Source of the DNA: a virus
Lineage: Duplodnaviria; Caudoviricetes
IMG/VR virus record: IMGVR_UViG_642555159_000003
Location: 25,885 to 89,884 of that record
Strand: one strand, 5' to 3'
DNA length: 64,000 bases
Shown: positions 1 to 8,448 of the stretch, one piece after another
How positions within the stretch are numbered: position 1 is the stretch's first letter
How the letters are laid out: every line of letters starts with the position of its first letter
The notes under the pieces: generated by a model
Told to the model about the DNA's origin: nothing
The model's database searches: none
The model's input: the letters and a program-made list of their open reading frames with translations, nothing else
Position numbers and translations under genes: made by a program

Positions 1-421
1 TGCCGTCGTCAACAAGCTCAAATCATTTTTCACACCGCAGGATAACCCTGCACCAAACCACAAAATGGAGGGCGACATGCCTTTAACCAAAGAAGAACTG
101 GAACAAATCGGCAGCATGGTTAGCGAGGCCGTCGCCACCAATACCGAAAAGGCTATCAAGCCTCTCGCGGAAAAGGTTGATGCGCTACAGGCCAATCAGC
201 AACAACTTTCTGAAGCCCTGACTGCCAACTCCCGCGCCGAAGAGAAAACGAAGCGTGAAGCGGTGGCAAAAGTTCACGGCGAGATTGTGGCTAACGCCCT
301 GTCTGGCGAAGCGCTGGAAGCAATGTACAAAACCATTGGTGATGCCGCACCGCTGGGTACTAACTCTGCACAGCAGCTGAAAGAAACAGGCGCACCTGCC
401 GCATCTGAATACTTCAAATAA
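1..421 (+). CDS. Head scaffold/prohead protein, C-terminal part (5' end outside window)
   Basis: Frame is open from position 2 (AVVNKLKSFF...) through the listed 65..421 ORF; coiled-coil-like, directly upstream of decoration and capsid genes. Confidence 0.6.
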   Translation, partial: AVVNKLKSFFTPQDNPAPNHKMEGDMPLTKEELEQIGSMVSEAVATNTEKAIKPLAEKVDALQANQQQLSEALTANSRAEEKTKREAVAKVHGEIVANALSGEALEAMYKTIGDAAPLGTNSAQQLKETGAPAASEYFK

Positions 422-433
422 GGAGACGGGATA

Positions 434-883
434 ATGTCACGTTATCGTCGCGTTAATATCGACGGGAAATCGCTCTACAAGACCGAAACCCGTATCACCG
501 CCGCAGAACTACTGCCAGGCACCGCCGTCACTATTAACGGTGATGGTAAGTTCGCACAAGCCACAGCATTAACTGGCCGCATGTACATTATTGATTGTGC
601 TTATCATCAGGGGCTTGGCATTCGTGATGCCGTTCCTGCTGGCGATTCTGCTGTTGGCAACTATGTCGAAGAAGGTCGTGAACTTGCGCTTCTGTGTGTA
701 CCTGGTGCGTACAAGAAGGACAGCCCGATTAAGCTTGGCGCGGCTGGTCAATTCACACTGGCAACTGGCGACACCGATTCAGTAATCGGCTACAGCCAGG
801 ACGAGTTCACCATCGCAGCCAGCACCACCGACTTCATTCGCGTTCGTATGCGCGTTGGCACTGCTGCCGCTGCAGGCGCGTAA
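434..883 (+). CDS. Head decoration/cement protein
   Basis: 149 aa Gly/Ala/Thr-rich ORF between scaffold and capsid; GGAG RBS. Confidence 0.65.
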   Translation: MSRYRRVNIDGKSLYKTETRITAAELLPGTAVTINGDGKFAQATALTGRMYIIDCAYHQGLGIRDAVPAGDSAVGNYVEEGRELALLCVPGAYKKDSPIKLGAAGQFTLATGDTDSVIGYSQDEFTIAASTTDFIRVRMRVGTAAAAGA

Positions 884-900
884 CAAAAGGATAAACATAT

Positions 901-1977
901 ATGTATTTCTCTAAAGAGACACTGGCGACTAACTCGCGCCTTGGTGGTCACTGGAATGAGCTTTGGGCAAACCGAAACATGTGGAACGCACAGCATGATG
1001 CTATGATTGCGGCAAATCGTTCTAATATGACTCCTGAATGGCTGGCGGTTAATGCTGTAGGCGGTTTTACGCGTGATTTCTGGGCCGAGATTGACCGTCA
1101 GGTGCTGCAACTGCGTGATCAGGAGGTTGGCATGGAAATCGTCAACGACCTGATTGGTGTGCAGACTGTTCTTTCTGTTGGCAAAACTGCAAAGCTCTAC
1201 AACGTTATTGGTGATATCGCTGATGATGTGTCTGTGAGCATTGACGGTCAGGCTCCATTCTCATTTGACCATACCGAATATGCGAGTGATGGCAACCCGA
1301 TTCCGGTATTCACCGCAGGTTACGGCGTGAACTGGCGTCATGCTGCTGGTCTTAACTCTGTAGGTATTGACCTTGTGCTGGATTCGCAGATGGCTAAAAT
1401 GCGCAAGTTTAACCAGAAGCGCGTCAACTACTATCTGAACGGCGACCCGAATATTCAGGTGCAGTCCTACCCGGCACAGGGTATCAAAAATCACCGTAAC
1501 ACCAAGAAGATCAACCTGGGTTCTGGTTCGGGTGGCGCAAATATAGACCTGACCACTGCCGATATGACAGCACTGTTTGCTTTCTTCGGGAAAGGCGCAT
1601 TTGGTACGCTGGCGCGCGCCAACAAAGTCGCTCAGTATGATGTGATGTGGGTGTCACCTGAAATCTGGGCTAACCTGGCTCAACCGTATGTAGTAAACGG
1701 CGTAGTTAGCGGCAACGTACTGAATGCTGTGCTGCCATTTGCGCCTGTTCGTGAAATTCGCCCGACCTTTGCGCTGAGTGGCAACGAGTTCATTGCCTAT
1801 GTTCGCCGTCAGGACATCATTTCTCCGCTGGTTGGTATGGCTGTTGGCGTCGTGCCGCTGCCGCGTCCGTTACCTAACGTTAACTACAACTTCCAGATCA
1901 TGTCTGCTGAAGGTTTGCAAATCACCGCAGACGACCAAGGCCTGTCCGGAGTTGTCTATGGCGCTAACCTTGTGTAA
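901..1977 (+). CDS. Major capsid protein
   Basis: 358 aa, position and composition typical of HK97-fold coat proteins; AAGGA RBS. Confidence 0.8.
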   Translation: MYFSKETLATNSRLGGHWNELWANRNMWNAQHDAMIAANRSNMTPEWLAVNAVGGFTRDFWAEIDRQVLQLRDQEVGMEIVNDLIGVQTVLSVGKTAKLYNVIGDIADDVSVSIDGQAPFSFDHTEYASDGNPIPVFTAGYGVNWRHAAGLNSVGIDLVLDSQMAKMRKFNQKRVNYYLNGDPNIQVQSYPAQGIKNHRNTKKINLGSGSGGANIDLTTADMTALFAFFGKGAFGTLARANKVAQYDVMWVSPEIWANLAQPYVVNGVVSGNVLNAVLPFAPVREIRPTFALSGNEFIAYVRRQDIISPLVGMAVGVVPLPRPLPNVNYNFQIMSAEGLQITADDQGLSGVVYGANLV

Positions 1978-1986
1978 GGAAATGGT

Positions 1987-2166
1987 ATGGCTAAATACGA
2001 AGTTGTACGACCATGGTTCGGCGTAAAGGTTGGCGATGTGGTGGATATAAAAGAACTGCATCCAGCCATGAAGTCGAACGTTCGTCTGATGCGTGGAGAG
2101 GCGGGTAGTGACCTAACACCGGCAACTCCAGAAGCGAAATCAGGCCGACCACGTAAAAACGAATAG
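1987..2166 (+). CDS. Small head-associated hypothetical protein (59 aa, MAKYEVVRPWFGVKVGDVV...)
   Basis: ORF read manually (below ORF-track cutoff); AAGGA RBS, followed by terminator. Confidence 0.7.
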   Translation: MAKYEVVRPWFGVKVGDVVDIKELHPAMKSNVRLMRGEAGSDLTPATPEAKSGRPRKNE

Positions 2167-2186
2167 CCGCGAAAGCGGTTTTTTTA
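2167..2186 (+). terminator. Intrinsic terminator after capsid operon
   Basis: CCGC-GAAA-GCGG followed by T run. Confidence 0.8.
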
Positions 2187-2217
2187 TGCCCTCTTCGGAG
2201 GGCTATAAGAGGCTCGC

Positions 2218-2619
2218 ATGATTACCACAGAACAGGCCAAGGAATATCTGGAGTCAGTGGGTATCACGCTGCCAGATTTCATTCTGCAGGCTATCGTAGA
2301 GCAGGCTAACAGTATTCAGGAGTGCCTCGATGCACATTACCCGCCCGCAACGGCGCTGCTAATTCAGTCCTATTTACTGGGTTTAATGGCGTTGGGGCAG
2401 GGTGATAGATACATCAGCTCTCAGACCGCGCCTAACGGCGCATCGCGTTCATTTCGGTATCAGTCTTTTGCTGACCGATGGAAGGGGGCCTTGTCACTGC
2501 TGCGTGGCGCTGACAAATTCAGGTGTGCCAATGGACTCATCCCCCCAGACCCGACCAATACAGCGTTTGCTGGTATCTGGATTGGTAAAGGTGGTTGCAT
2601 GTGTAATGGGGATAAGTAA
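2218..2619 (+). CDS. Head-tail connector protein
   Basis: 133 aa after capsid; ISSQTAPNGASRSF motif typical of adaptor proteins. Confidence 0.65.
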   Translation: MITTEQAKEYLESVGITLPDFILQAIVEQANSIQECLDAHYPPATALLIQSYLLGLMALGQGDRYISSQTAPNGASRSFRYQSFADRWKGALSLLRGADKFRCANGLIPPDPTNTAFAGIWIGKGGCMCNGDK

Positions 2620-2798
2620 TGGCATGGATATCGGTTAAGCAGCGATTGCCTGAGCCGTTCGTCAAAGTCTGGGTGATGACAGACATTGGTAAGCGCGTTA
2701 CCGGCTATGTCAAAAGCAACGGTGACTGGTATCTGTTGTGTCGAAAGGTGGCAGCGGAAAAACCGGAGGTGATCCGGTGGGAGGATGGCAATGTCTGA
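2619..2798 (+). CDS. Small DUF551-like protein (MAWISVKQRLPEP..., 59 aa)
   Basis: WISVxxRLP N-terminal motif; TAATG overlap with upstream stop. Confidence 0.65.
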   Translation: MAWISVKQRLPEPFVKVWVMTDIGKRVTGYVKSNGDWYLLCRKVAAEKPEVIRWEDGNV

Positions 2799-3153
2799 AA
2801 TAGCACGCTGGAGTTACACCAACGTTGCGACCATCTACCCGCGCGTCTACGACGACTGGAATAACGCCTGGACAAGCGGAACTCCCTACCTGATTGACTG
2901 TACCTGGACGGCGAACAATGAAGTTGCGGTAGATGCCAGCGGGAAAGAGTTCACCACGAACCTGATTTTCTTCACTGAACTGAAGTGTAACGGCGTCGAT
3001 GCGACCATGCCGTTACGCGACTGGTATATCGCCAGAGGTGACACAACGGCGCAGGTCGATCCCCTGAAAGCTGGCGCGAACGTCATCAAAGCGGTGACGG
3101 AATGGGATATGTCACCATTCGGCGAGGAGCCGGACTACAAAATTCTGACGTGA
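2791..3153 (+). CDS. Head closure/head-tail adaptor protein
   Basis: Position in neck operon; start at MSEIARW. Confidence 0.6.
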   Translation: MSEIARWSYTNVATIYPRVYDDWNNAWTSGTPYLIDCTWTANNEVAVDASGKEFTTNLIFFTELKCNGVDATMPLRDWYIARGDTTAQVDPLKAGANVIKAVTEWDMSPFGEEPDYKILT

Positions 3154-3161
3154 GGTGAACT

Positions 3162-3251
3162 ATGTTTTCTCTTGGATTGGCTTGTTTTGTCCTGGGTTTC
3201 TCTTGCTGCGCTGCGTTTATTCAAATTATCAGGTGGTGGTATGCCCGTTAA
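3162..3251 (+). CDS. Putative 29-aa hydrophobic peptide
   Basis: MFSLGLACFVLGFSCCAAFIQIIRWWYAR; GAGGTG RBS, stop overlaps next start region. Confidence 0.45.
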   Translation: MFSLGLACFVLGFSCCAAFIQIIRWWYAR

Positions 3252-3678
3252 AGGTATCAAGCGTGTTCAGATGAACACCAGCAAGGTGCTGGCAGAAATT
3301 GCCGGGCCACGCACAGAAAGAGTGCTGACTGAGGTCATGATTGTCGGATCGTCTCACGCCGCGCTACTTACTCCCATTGACACATCCACGCTTATCAACA
3401 GCCAGTACAAAAAGCTTGAACCAATGCCCGGTGGGATGCAGGGAAAGGTCGGGTACACGGCTGCATACGCTGCCGCCGTTCACGGTATGTCCGGGAAGCT
3501 AAAAGGCCAGCCGCGTGAACACTTCGGCAGAACTCGCGCTGGAAAAGAATTCGGTGGCGGCACGGGGAAGGGGAACTACTGGGATCCCGATGCCGAGCCG
3601 GGGTTCCTGACCAAAGGCTTCGAGCGTGACGGTTTCAACGAGATAAAGGCCATCATCAAGCAAGGGTACAAAGTATGA
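3241..3678 (+). CDS. Neck/tail-completion protein (HK97 gp10-like)
   Basis: MPVKGIKRVQ... TPIDTSTLINS and GYTAAYAAAVH motifs, PGFLTKGFE near C-terminus. Confidence 0.7.
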   Translation: MPVKGIKRVQMNTSKVLAEIAGPRTERVLTEVMIVGSSHAALLTPIDTSTLINSQYKKLEPMPGGMQGKVGYTAAYAAAVHGMSGKLKGQPREHFGRTRAGKEFGGGTGKGNYWDPDAEPGFLTKGFERDGFNEIKAIIKQGYKV

Positions 3679-4061
3679 CACGTAGCGAAGTGTATGACGC
3701 GCTGAGAGCGTGGTTGCAATCGCATGGCTTTGATGCTGGCTATCGCATCCAGAAACGCTTCTGGAATGAACTGGAGAGTACGGAGGGGGAACGATATCTC
3801 ATTATCCAGCAAAACGGCGGTGGCAAGCCTGAGGAAGCCATAACGCGCGACTTTTTCCGCATCCTTGTTTTGTCAGGCCAGAACGACAGCGACATCAATG
3901 AAGTTGAAAATCGCGCCGACGCCATCCGCCAGGCGATGATCGACGACTACAGAACCGAATGCATCATCTCGATGCAGCCAATCGGCGGTATCACCGCCAT
4001 CCAGACCGAAGAAGGCCGTTACCTCTTCGAGATTTCCTTTCAAACCATCATTTCCAGATAA
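3675..4061 (+). CDS. Tail terminator protein
   Basis: 128 aa immediately before tail tube gene; ATGA overlap. Confidence 0.65.
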   Translation: MTRSEVYDALRAWLQSHGFDAGYRIQKRFWNELESTEGERYLIIQQNGGGKPEEAITRDFFRILVLSGQNDSDINEVENRADAIRQAMIDDYRTECIISMQPIGGITAIQTEEGRYLFEISFQTIISR

Positions 4062-4078
4062 CATGGAGATAATTAATT

Positions 4079-4819
4079 ATGGCCGGATGTGAGTCAGGTG
4101 CATTCACAGGGCGCGATGTCGTTGTTTATTACGCGATTGGCTGCCCGGAAGTACAACCTACCGCCAGCGCTTACCAGCGACTCGGCATGATGCGCGGTAA
4201 AACAGTTAATGCAGAGTGGGAAACCGCAGATGCAACTGCCGATATGAGCGCCGCGTTTACGCAGGAAAATCTTGTTACCTATAAGAACATTTCGTTCTCT
4301 GGTGACGGCGTTACCCGCAAAGAGGATGTATACGCGCAAAACGCGCTGAAGCGTCACGTTTATAACCCGCCAGCGGAGACCAGCAACCAGCCGTATGTGT
4401 GGTTCAAAATCATCTCTCCAAACGATATCACCGAAGGGCCATTCATGGTTACTTCATGGGGTGATGAAGCTCCACACGATGATGTGGCAACGTGGTCCAT
4501 TGAGGCATCAAGTGCAGGTCAGGTTGATGTGCGTGATGTCGGTGCAGTTATTACCATTACCACCCAGCCGCAGGGTAAAACACTGACTGCTGGCGACACC
4601 CTGAATCTGACAGTTGCAGCTACTGTTTCAGATAGCTCATCATTGACTTATCAATGGAAAAAAGACGGAACCAATGTGAGCTCCGGTGGTACGACAGCTA
4701 TATATACTAAGTCCAGTGCGACAACAGGCGATTCTGGTTCATATACTTGTCAGATTAGCTCCAGTACCGCAGCCAGTGTAACCACCAATCCGGTCACAGT
4801 GACTGTCAACGCATCGTAA
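4079..4819 (+). CDS. Major tail tube protein with C-terminal Ig-like domain
   Basis: C-terminal ITTQPQ...LTYQWKKDG...DSGSYTCQIS is an I-set immunoglobulin pattern. Confidence 0.85.
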   Translation: MAGCESGAFTGRDVVVYYAIGCPEVQPTASAYQRLGMMRGKTVNAEWETADATADMSAAFTQENLVTYKNISFSGDGVTRKEDVYAQNALKRHVYNPPAETSNQPYVWFKIISPNDITEGPFMVTSWGDEAPHDDVATWSIEASSAGQVDVRDVGAVITITTQPQGKTLTAGDTLNLTVAATVSDSSSLTYQWKKDGTNVSSGGTTAIYTKSSATTGDSGSYTCQISSSTAASVTTNPVTVTVNAS

Positions 4820-4863
4820 CTTCTTGCCAGGAGGCACCGTCCTCCTTTTTCTTATGGGGATTC

Positions 4864-5517
4864 ATGAAAGCAATCACCGATATCGGCCAGGCTGTCATTC
4901 GCGCCGGCGACAAAGAGATATTTCTCAACCCTTCATTTCTGGCTATGTCCCGAATCGGAACGCCTGAACAAATCGTTGATGTTTTCGTGAAAGTTCATGC
5001 GGGCCATTACCCAAAGCACAGAATTGCTGACCCCCAGATACTAAAAGCGGCTAATGCCCGCTGCTTTGCTGAAATGGCGGCAGCTGCAGCCAACGTAGTC
5101 AAGCGCTGTTCTGAAGGTGACGTTGCTGAAATTATCGGATCCTACTCGGTTACTAGTGCGGGGCGACTTCTGTTCAAGCCGGGAGCCATCCCGATCGAGG
5201 ATGTTATCCAGATTGCCCGCCATCTGATTCTTCATGGTGTAATGGGCGACCAGCCACCGGAAGAATTCGAAGGAAAGAAGGGTGAATACAGCGACAAATT
5301 CGATGTACGGTCATTCGTCTATACCGCTGTTGCTCACCTCGGCATGAGCGAGTCAGACGCATGGGATATGACCATGACCAGCTTCCGGGCCGCCATGAAC
5401 GCTAAATTTCCGCAGAAAGAGAAAGCCAGAGTGCCGACTCAGGAGAAATACGACGAAGTCATGGACTGGGCAGAACAAATGCTGGCGATGGATGCGCAGA
5501 GGCATGGGCCGCACTAA
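4864..5517 (+). CDS. Tail assembly chaperone
   Basis: 217 aa directly after tail tube gene; C-terminal AWDMTMTSF motif of GT-like chaperones. Confidence 0.65.
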   Translation: MKAITDIGQAVIRAGDKEIFLNPSFLAMSRIGTPEQIVDVFVKVHAGHYPKHRIADPQILKAANARCFAEMAAAAANVVKRCSEGDVAEIIGSYSVTSAGRLLFKPGAIPIEDVIQIARHLILHGVMGDQPPEEFEGKKGEYSDKFDVRSFVYTAVAHLGMSESDAWDMTMTSFRAAMNAKFPQKEKARVPTQEKYDEVMDWAEQMLAMDAQRHGPH

Positions 5518-5560
5518 AAAATCTCTCGCCTTAAGAAATTCGACAAGTGACTTTTAAGAC

Positions 5561-5587
5561 AATGCCTCGCATACGCGGGGCATTTTT
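5561..5587 (+). terminator. Intrinsic terminator
   Basis: AATGCCTCGC-ATAC-GCGGGGCATT + T run. Confidence 0.8.
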
Positions 5588-5735
5588 GTATCCGCAGTAA
5601 ATGCGCATTCCCCGCGCTAATCAAACCAGGAGCCCTTTTCGGGATATGAGACAGAGATAGGACGGTGGCTTCCGTCGTGCCGCTCTTGGGCTGTCCATAT
5701 CTGGGGAACTGGCTCATATCACCAAAAAGGAAAGA

Positions 5736-6467
5736 ATGATGTCTAACATTATCCCAATTAATTTCGAAGGCCACTCGATGCGCTTCTATGATGATGGCTG
5801 GATTGATGCAACAACAGCAGCGGAAAAATTCGATAAAGTGCCAAATGAATTCCTCCGTCTGCCGGAAACTGAATCATATATTCAAGGACTTGAGCGTAGA
5901 TACGGGAAAATCCCGTATGTAAAAACCAGTCGGGCGCGTAAAGATCGTGGCGGCGGAACATGGCTGCATCCAAAACTGGCTGTTCGCTTTGCACGCTGGC
6001 TTTCTGTAGATTTTGAAATCTGGTGTGACGAACAAATAGACGCCATTATTCGCGGCCATACAGCACCTGTTGATGATGAGCGCATTAAGGCAATCTTTCT
6101 GCTTAGCGATCCGTCTTCGTGGGAAAAGCGTTTTAATGACCCGCTGTATGATGCGCTATTCAGAATGACCGGGCTTCCCCGCCATAGAAATGATCGAAAA
6201 CCAATGTTATTCAGCCTTATTAGCGCTAAGTGGATTTACGGGCCGGTCCTGCCTGCTGAAGTCTACGCGGATGTAAAAGCACGACTGGCGGTCGGTGAGA
6301 AAATCCACCAACACCTAAAACCAGACGCACTTAAACTGGTTGAGAATCAGATTATTGCTGTGACCAGCATTGCTAACGGTTGTTCCGACTATCGAGACTT
6401 CGAATCCCGTTGCATGGCAGCATTCCCCGTCAAAGGGCAGATGAAGCTTCTTTATGCGGCAGCGTGA
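5736..6467 (+). CDS. KilA-N domain protein with P63C-like C-terminal domain
   Basis: IDATTAAEKF...GGGTWLHPKLAVRFARWLSVDFEIWCD is KilA-N; WEKRF...WIYGPVLP...KIHQHL resembles P63C. Confidence 0.8.
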   Translation: MMSNIIPINFEGHSMRFYDDGWIDATTAAEKFDKVPNEFLRLPETESYIQGLERRYGKIPYVKTSRARKDRGGGTWLHPKLAVRFARWLSVDFEIWCDEQIDAIIRGHTAPVDDERIKAIFLLSDPSSWEKRFNDPLYDALFRMTGLPRHRNDRKPMLFSLISAKWIYGPVLPAEVYADVKARLAVGEKIHQHLKPDALKLVENQIIAVTSIANGCSDYRDFESRCMAAFPVKGQMKLLYAAA

Positions 6468-6481
6468 TGAATGGTGCGTAC

Positions 6482-6504
6482 AGCCCACTCAGGTGGGCTT
6501 TTTG
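6482..6504 (+). terminator. Intrinsic terminator (overlaps stop of convergent gene)
   Basis: AGCCCAC-TCAG-GTGGGCT + T run. Confidence 0.8.
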
Positions 6505-6860
6505 TCGTCGCTCTCGCTGAATACGATTGTTTTGGCGTCTTCAAGGATTTCAGTCAATTCGTGGTGGGTGATGTTATCAAGCGATATCTTCTTCCCGTCC
6601 TTTTCGATGGTCGCTTTCTTGCCTCTGTTTCGGTTTAGATAGGCGATAAAGCAGGCGCTAAAAGCCGCCCAGAATGGTCCTGAGTTGATAAGTTCAATCA
6701 CTATCTCCTTCATCGAATCCTGAGCTGAGTTAACAGCCAGTTTTGGTCCGTTATTTTTTTCTTCCGCTAAGGAGTGCTGTATGGCGTATTCATCAAGAAT
6801 TGTACAAAAAGCATCTGACATATCAGACGGCAAGGACAGCCTTAAGCCGGGGGTGCGCAT
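6489..6860 (-). CDS. Hypothetical moron protein (123 aa)
   Basis: AAGGAG RBS before MRTPGL; antisense to phage late genes. Confidence 0.65.
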   Translation of the reverse strand: MRTPGLRLSLPSDMSDAFCTILDEYAIQHSLAEEKNNGPKLAVNSAQDSMKEIVIELINSGPFWAAFSACFIAYLNRNRGKKATIEKDGKKISLDNITHHELTEILEDAKTIVFSESDDKKPT

Positions 6861-7058
6861 AACATTCTCCTTTGATAGTTGGTCTGAACGACTTTGTTGT
6901 TTGCGCTTCTTTCTTCGCTCCGCCATTGCAGCTTTGCTGAACAAAGAGCTGGAACAAATCTTCTATGATGAAGATTTTGGAAAGATCACCAAAAACATGA
7001 CCAAAGTACCGCAAAAAAGAGAACGCCAGGAAGCCTGATATTTGATCAGGCTAGCCGG

Positions 7059-7385
7059 TCAGGTGGGCTTGCTGCTCTTCTTTGGGATCATTTCATACTT
7101 TTCTATAAGGTTTTCAACGACACTTTTTGCAGTATCTTCAGCAGCAAGCGACACAATCTTGTTAAGTTGACTCATCGACATAGTGACAACCTCATCACTT
7201 GATGATGGGGAGAGTGGCTTATCCCAAGCAACAATCTGCGCCTTAAGGGCATCCTCCAGTATCTGAACTATCTCAGAGTTCATTGACCTGCCATTAGCTT
7301 TGGCGCGTTCGGCTATGGCGTCGCGCATCCCGTCCGGGAAGCGGAGGTTGAACTTATCTTGCATCTGGCTTGGGTACTTACTCAT
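7059..7385 (-). CDS. Arc/Mnt-family ribbon-helix-helix repressor (Mnt-like position)
   Basis: DKFNLRFPDGMRDAIAERAKANGRSMNSEIVQILEDAL is the Arc-family signature. Confidence 0.9.
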   Translation of the reverse strand: MSKYPSQMQDKFNLRFPDGMRDAIAERAKANGRSMNSEIVQILEDALKAQIVAWDKPLSPSSSDEVVTMSMSQLNKIVSLAAEDTAKSVVENLIEKYEMIPKKSSKPT

Positions 7386-7418
7386 AACATCACCTGAGAA
7401 TATTTTGAAAATTATTAT

Positions 7419-7479
7419 GGGGCCAACTTGACATATCGCGCAATGGTGTTAACTTAATATCAGGTGTTAACTTGGCCCC
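7419..7479. promoter_or_regulatory. Divergent promoter/operator region (Pant-like)
   Basis: TTGACA 7428-7433, extended -10 TGtTAACTT; direct repeat GGTGTTAACTT (7445, 7463); inverted GGGGCCAA/TTGGCCCC (7419/7472). Confidence 0.65.
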
Positions 7480-7495
7480 AAAAGGAGATAAAGCA

Positions 7496-7669
7496 ATGCA
7501 AGATACGCTTTTTACTGAGCGCAAAAACATCAAACTCAATCTTCGACTACCTTCTCGACTCGATCAGGAGCTTCGCAGACTGGCGGAAATGGACTGCATT
7601 TCGCTGAACTCTGCAATAGTTCGTTTGCTGGCAAAGGGTGTAAGGGAAGAGGTGGCGAATGGTCGTTAA
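7496..7669 (+). CDS. Arc-like ribbon-helix-helix repressor
   Basis: KLNLRLPSRLDQELRRLAEMDCISLNSAIVRLL; AAGGAG RBS. Confidence 0.85.
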   Translation: MQDTLFTERKNIKLNLRLPSRLDQELRRLAEMDCISLNSAIVRLLAKGVREEVANGR

Positions 7670-7671
7670 AA

Positions 7672-7742
7672 ATGTTGAAGCCCCAACTGCTCGAACAGCT
7701 AGGGCTTCAGTGTCAAATGATTCCAGCGAAGGAAATATCGAC
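7672..7742 (-). ncRNA. sar-like antisense RNA to the antirepressor RBS
   Basis: GAAGCCC-CAACTG...CAG..-GGGCTTC hairpin (7677-7708) between arc and ant as in P22 sar; antisense extended -10 TGcTACAAT inside ant codons 3-5 (7749-7757). Confidence 0.65.
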
Positions 7743-8381
7743 ATGAATATTGTAGCAAAATCAGATTACAACTTCCAAGGATTCGCTTTTAATCCTGTGA
7801 CAGAAGGCGGTTCTATTTGGTTTACCTCCACTGAACTAGCTAAGGCCCTCGGCTACAAAAAAACCGATGCCATCAGCCAGATTTATGCTCGTAACGCCGA
7901 TGAATTTTCCGACTCTATGTCGTTGACCCTCAATATGAAGGTCAACGGGATAAACAATAGCTTACGTAACAAATCGGTCAGAGTTTACTCACTCCGAGGC
8001 GCTCACTTGGTGGCGATGTTTGCTTCTACGCCCAAGGCCAAAGAGTTCCGCCGTTGGGTGCTGGATATTTTGGATCGGCAGGCAGAATGCTCACCGATTG
8101 CAAAACAGTTTACTGACGAAGAGCTGGTCAATCTCTGCTACTTACAATTGTGGATGGAGAAGAGTCAACAAATGTGCAAACACATCTATCCAGGAATGAA
8201 GCAAATTGGTTCTGAGCTTTCAGGAAGGATTTACGATATTGCATATGAGACTCGCTACATGTCAGAAGAAACCAAGAAATCACTTCTTCGTGAAATGAAG
8301 AATCTTGATACCAACAATTTTGTCGTAAAGAACGCTCAGCCAATGCTGGCAAAACTGCGCGGCGAGGAATGGATTCATTGA
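7743..8381 (+). CDS. Antirepressor (Bro-N domain + P22 Ant C-terminal-like domain)
   Basis: WFTSTELAKALGY...YSLRGAHLVAMFASTPKAKEFRRWVLDIL (Bro-N); KQFTDEELVNLCYLQLW (P22 Ant C-terminal-like). Confidence 0.8.
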   Translation: MNIVAKSDYNFQGFAFNPVTEGGSIWFTSTELAKALGYKKTDAISQIYARNADEFSDSMSLTLNMKVNGINNSLRNKSVRVYSLRGAHLVAMFASTPKAKEFRRWVLDILDRQAECSPIAKQFTDEELVNLCYLQLWMEKSQQMCKHIYPGMKQIGSELSGRIYDIAYETRYMSEETKKSLLREMKNLDTNNFVVKNAQPMLAKLRGEEWIH

Positions 8382-8448
8382 TTAGTGCACAGGACAGCGC
8401 AAAAAGAAAAACCGCCAGTGGCTGCTGGCGGCTTACATTAACTACTGA

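Noticed and set aside
4540-4819. Ig domain of the tail tube as a frameshift-added domain
   Set aside because: It is in frame with the tube protein; this is a common, known feature.
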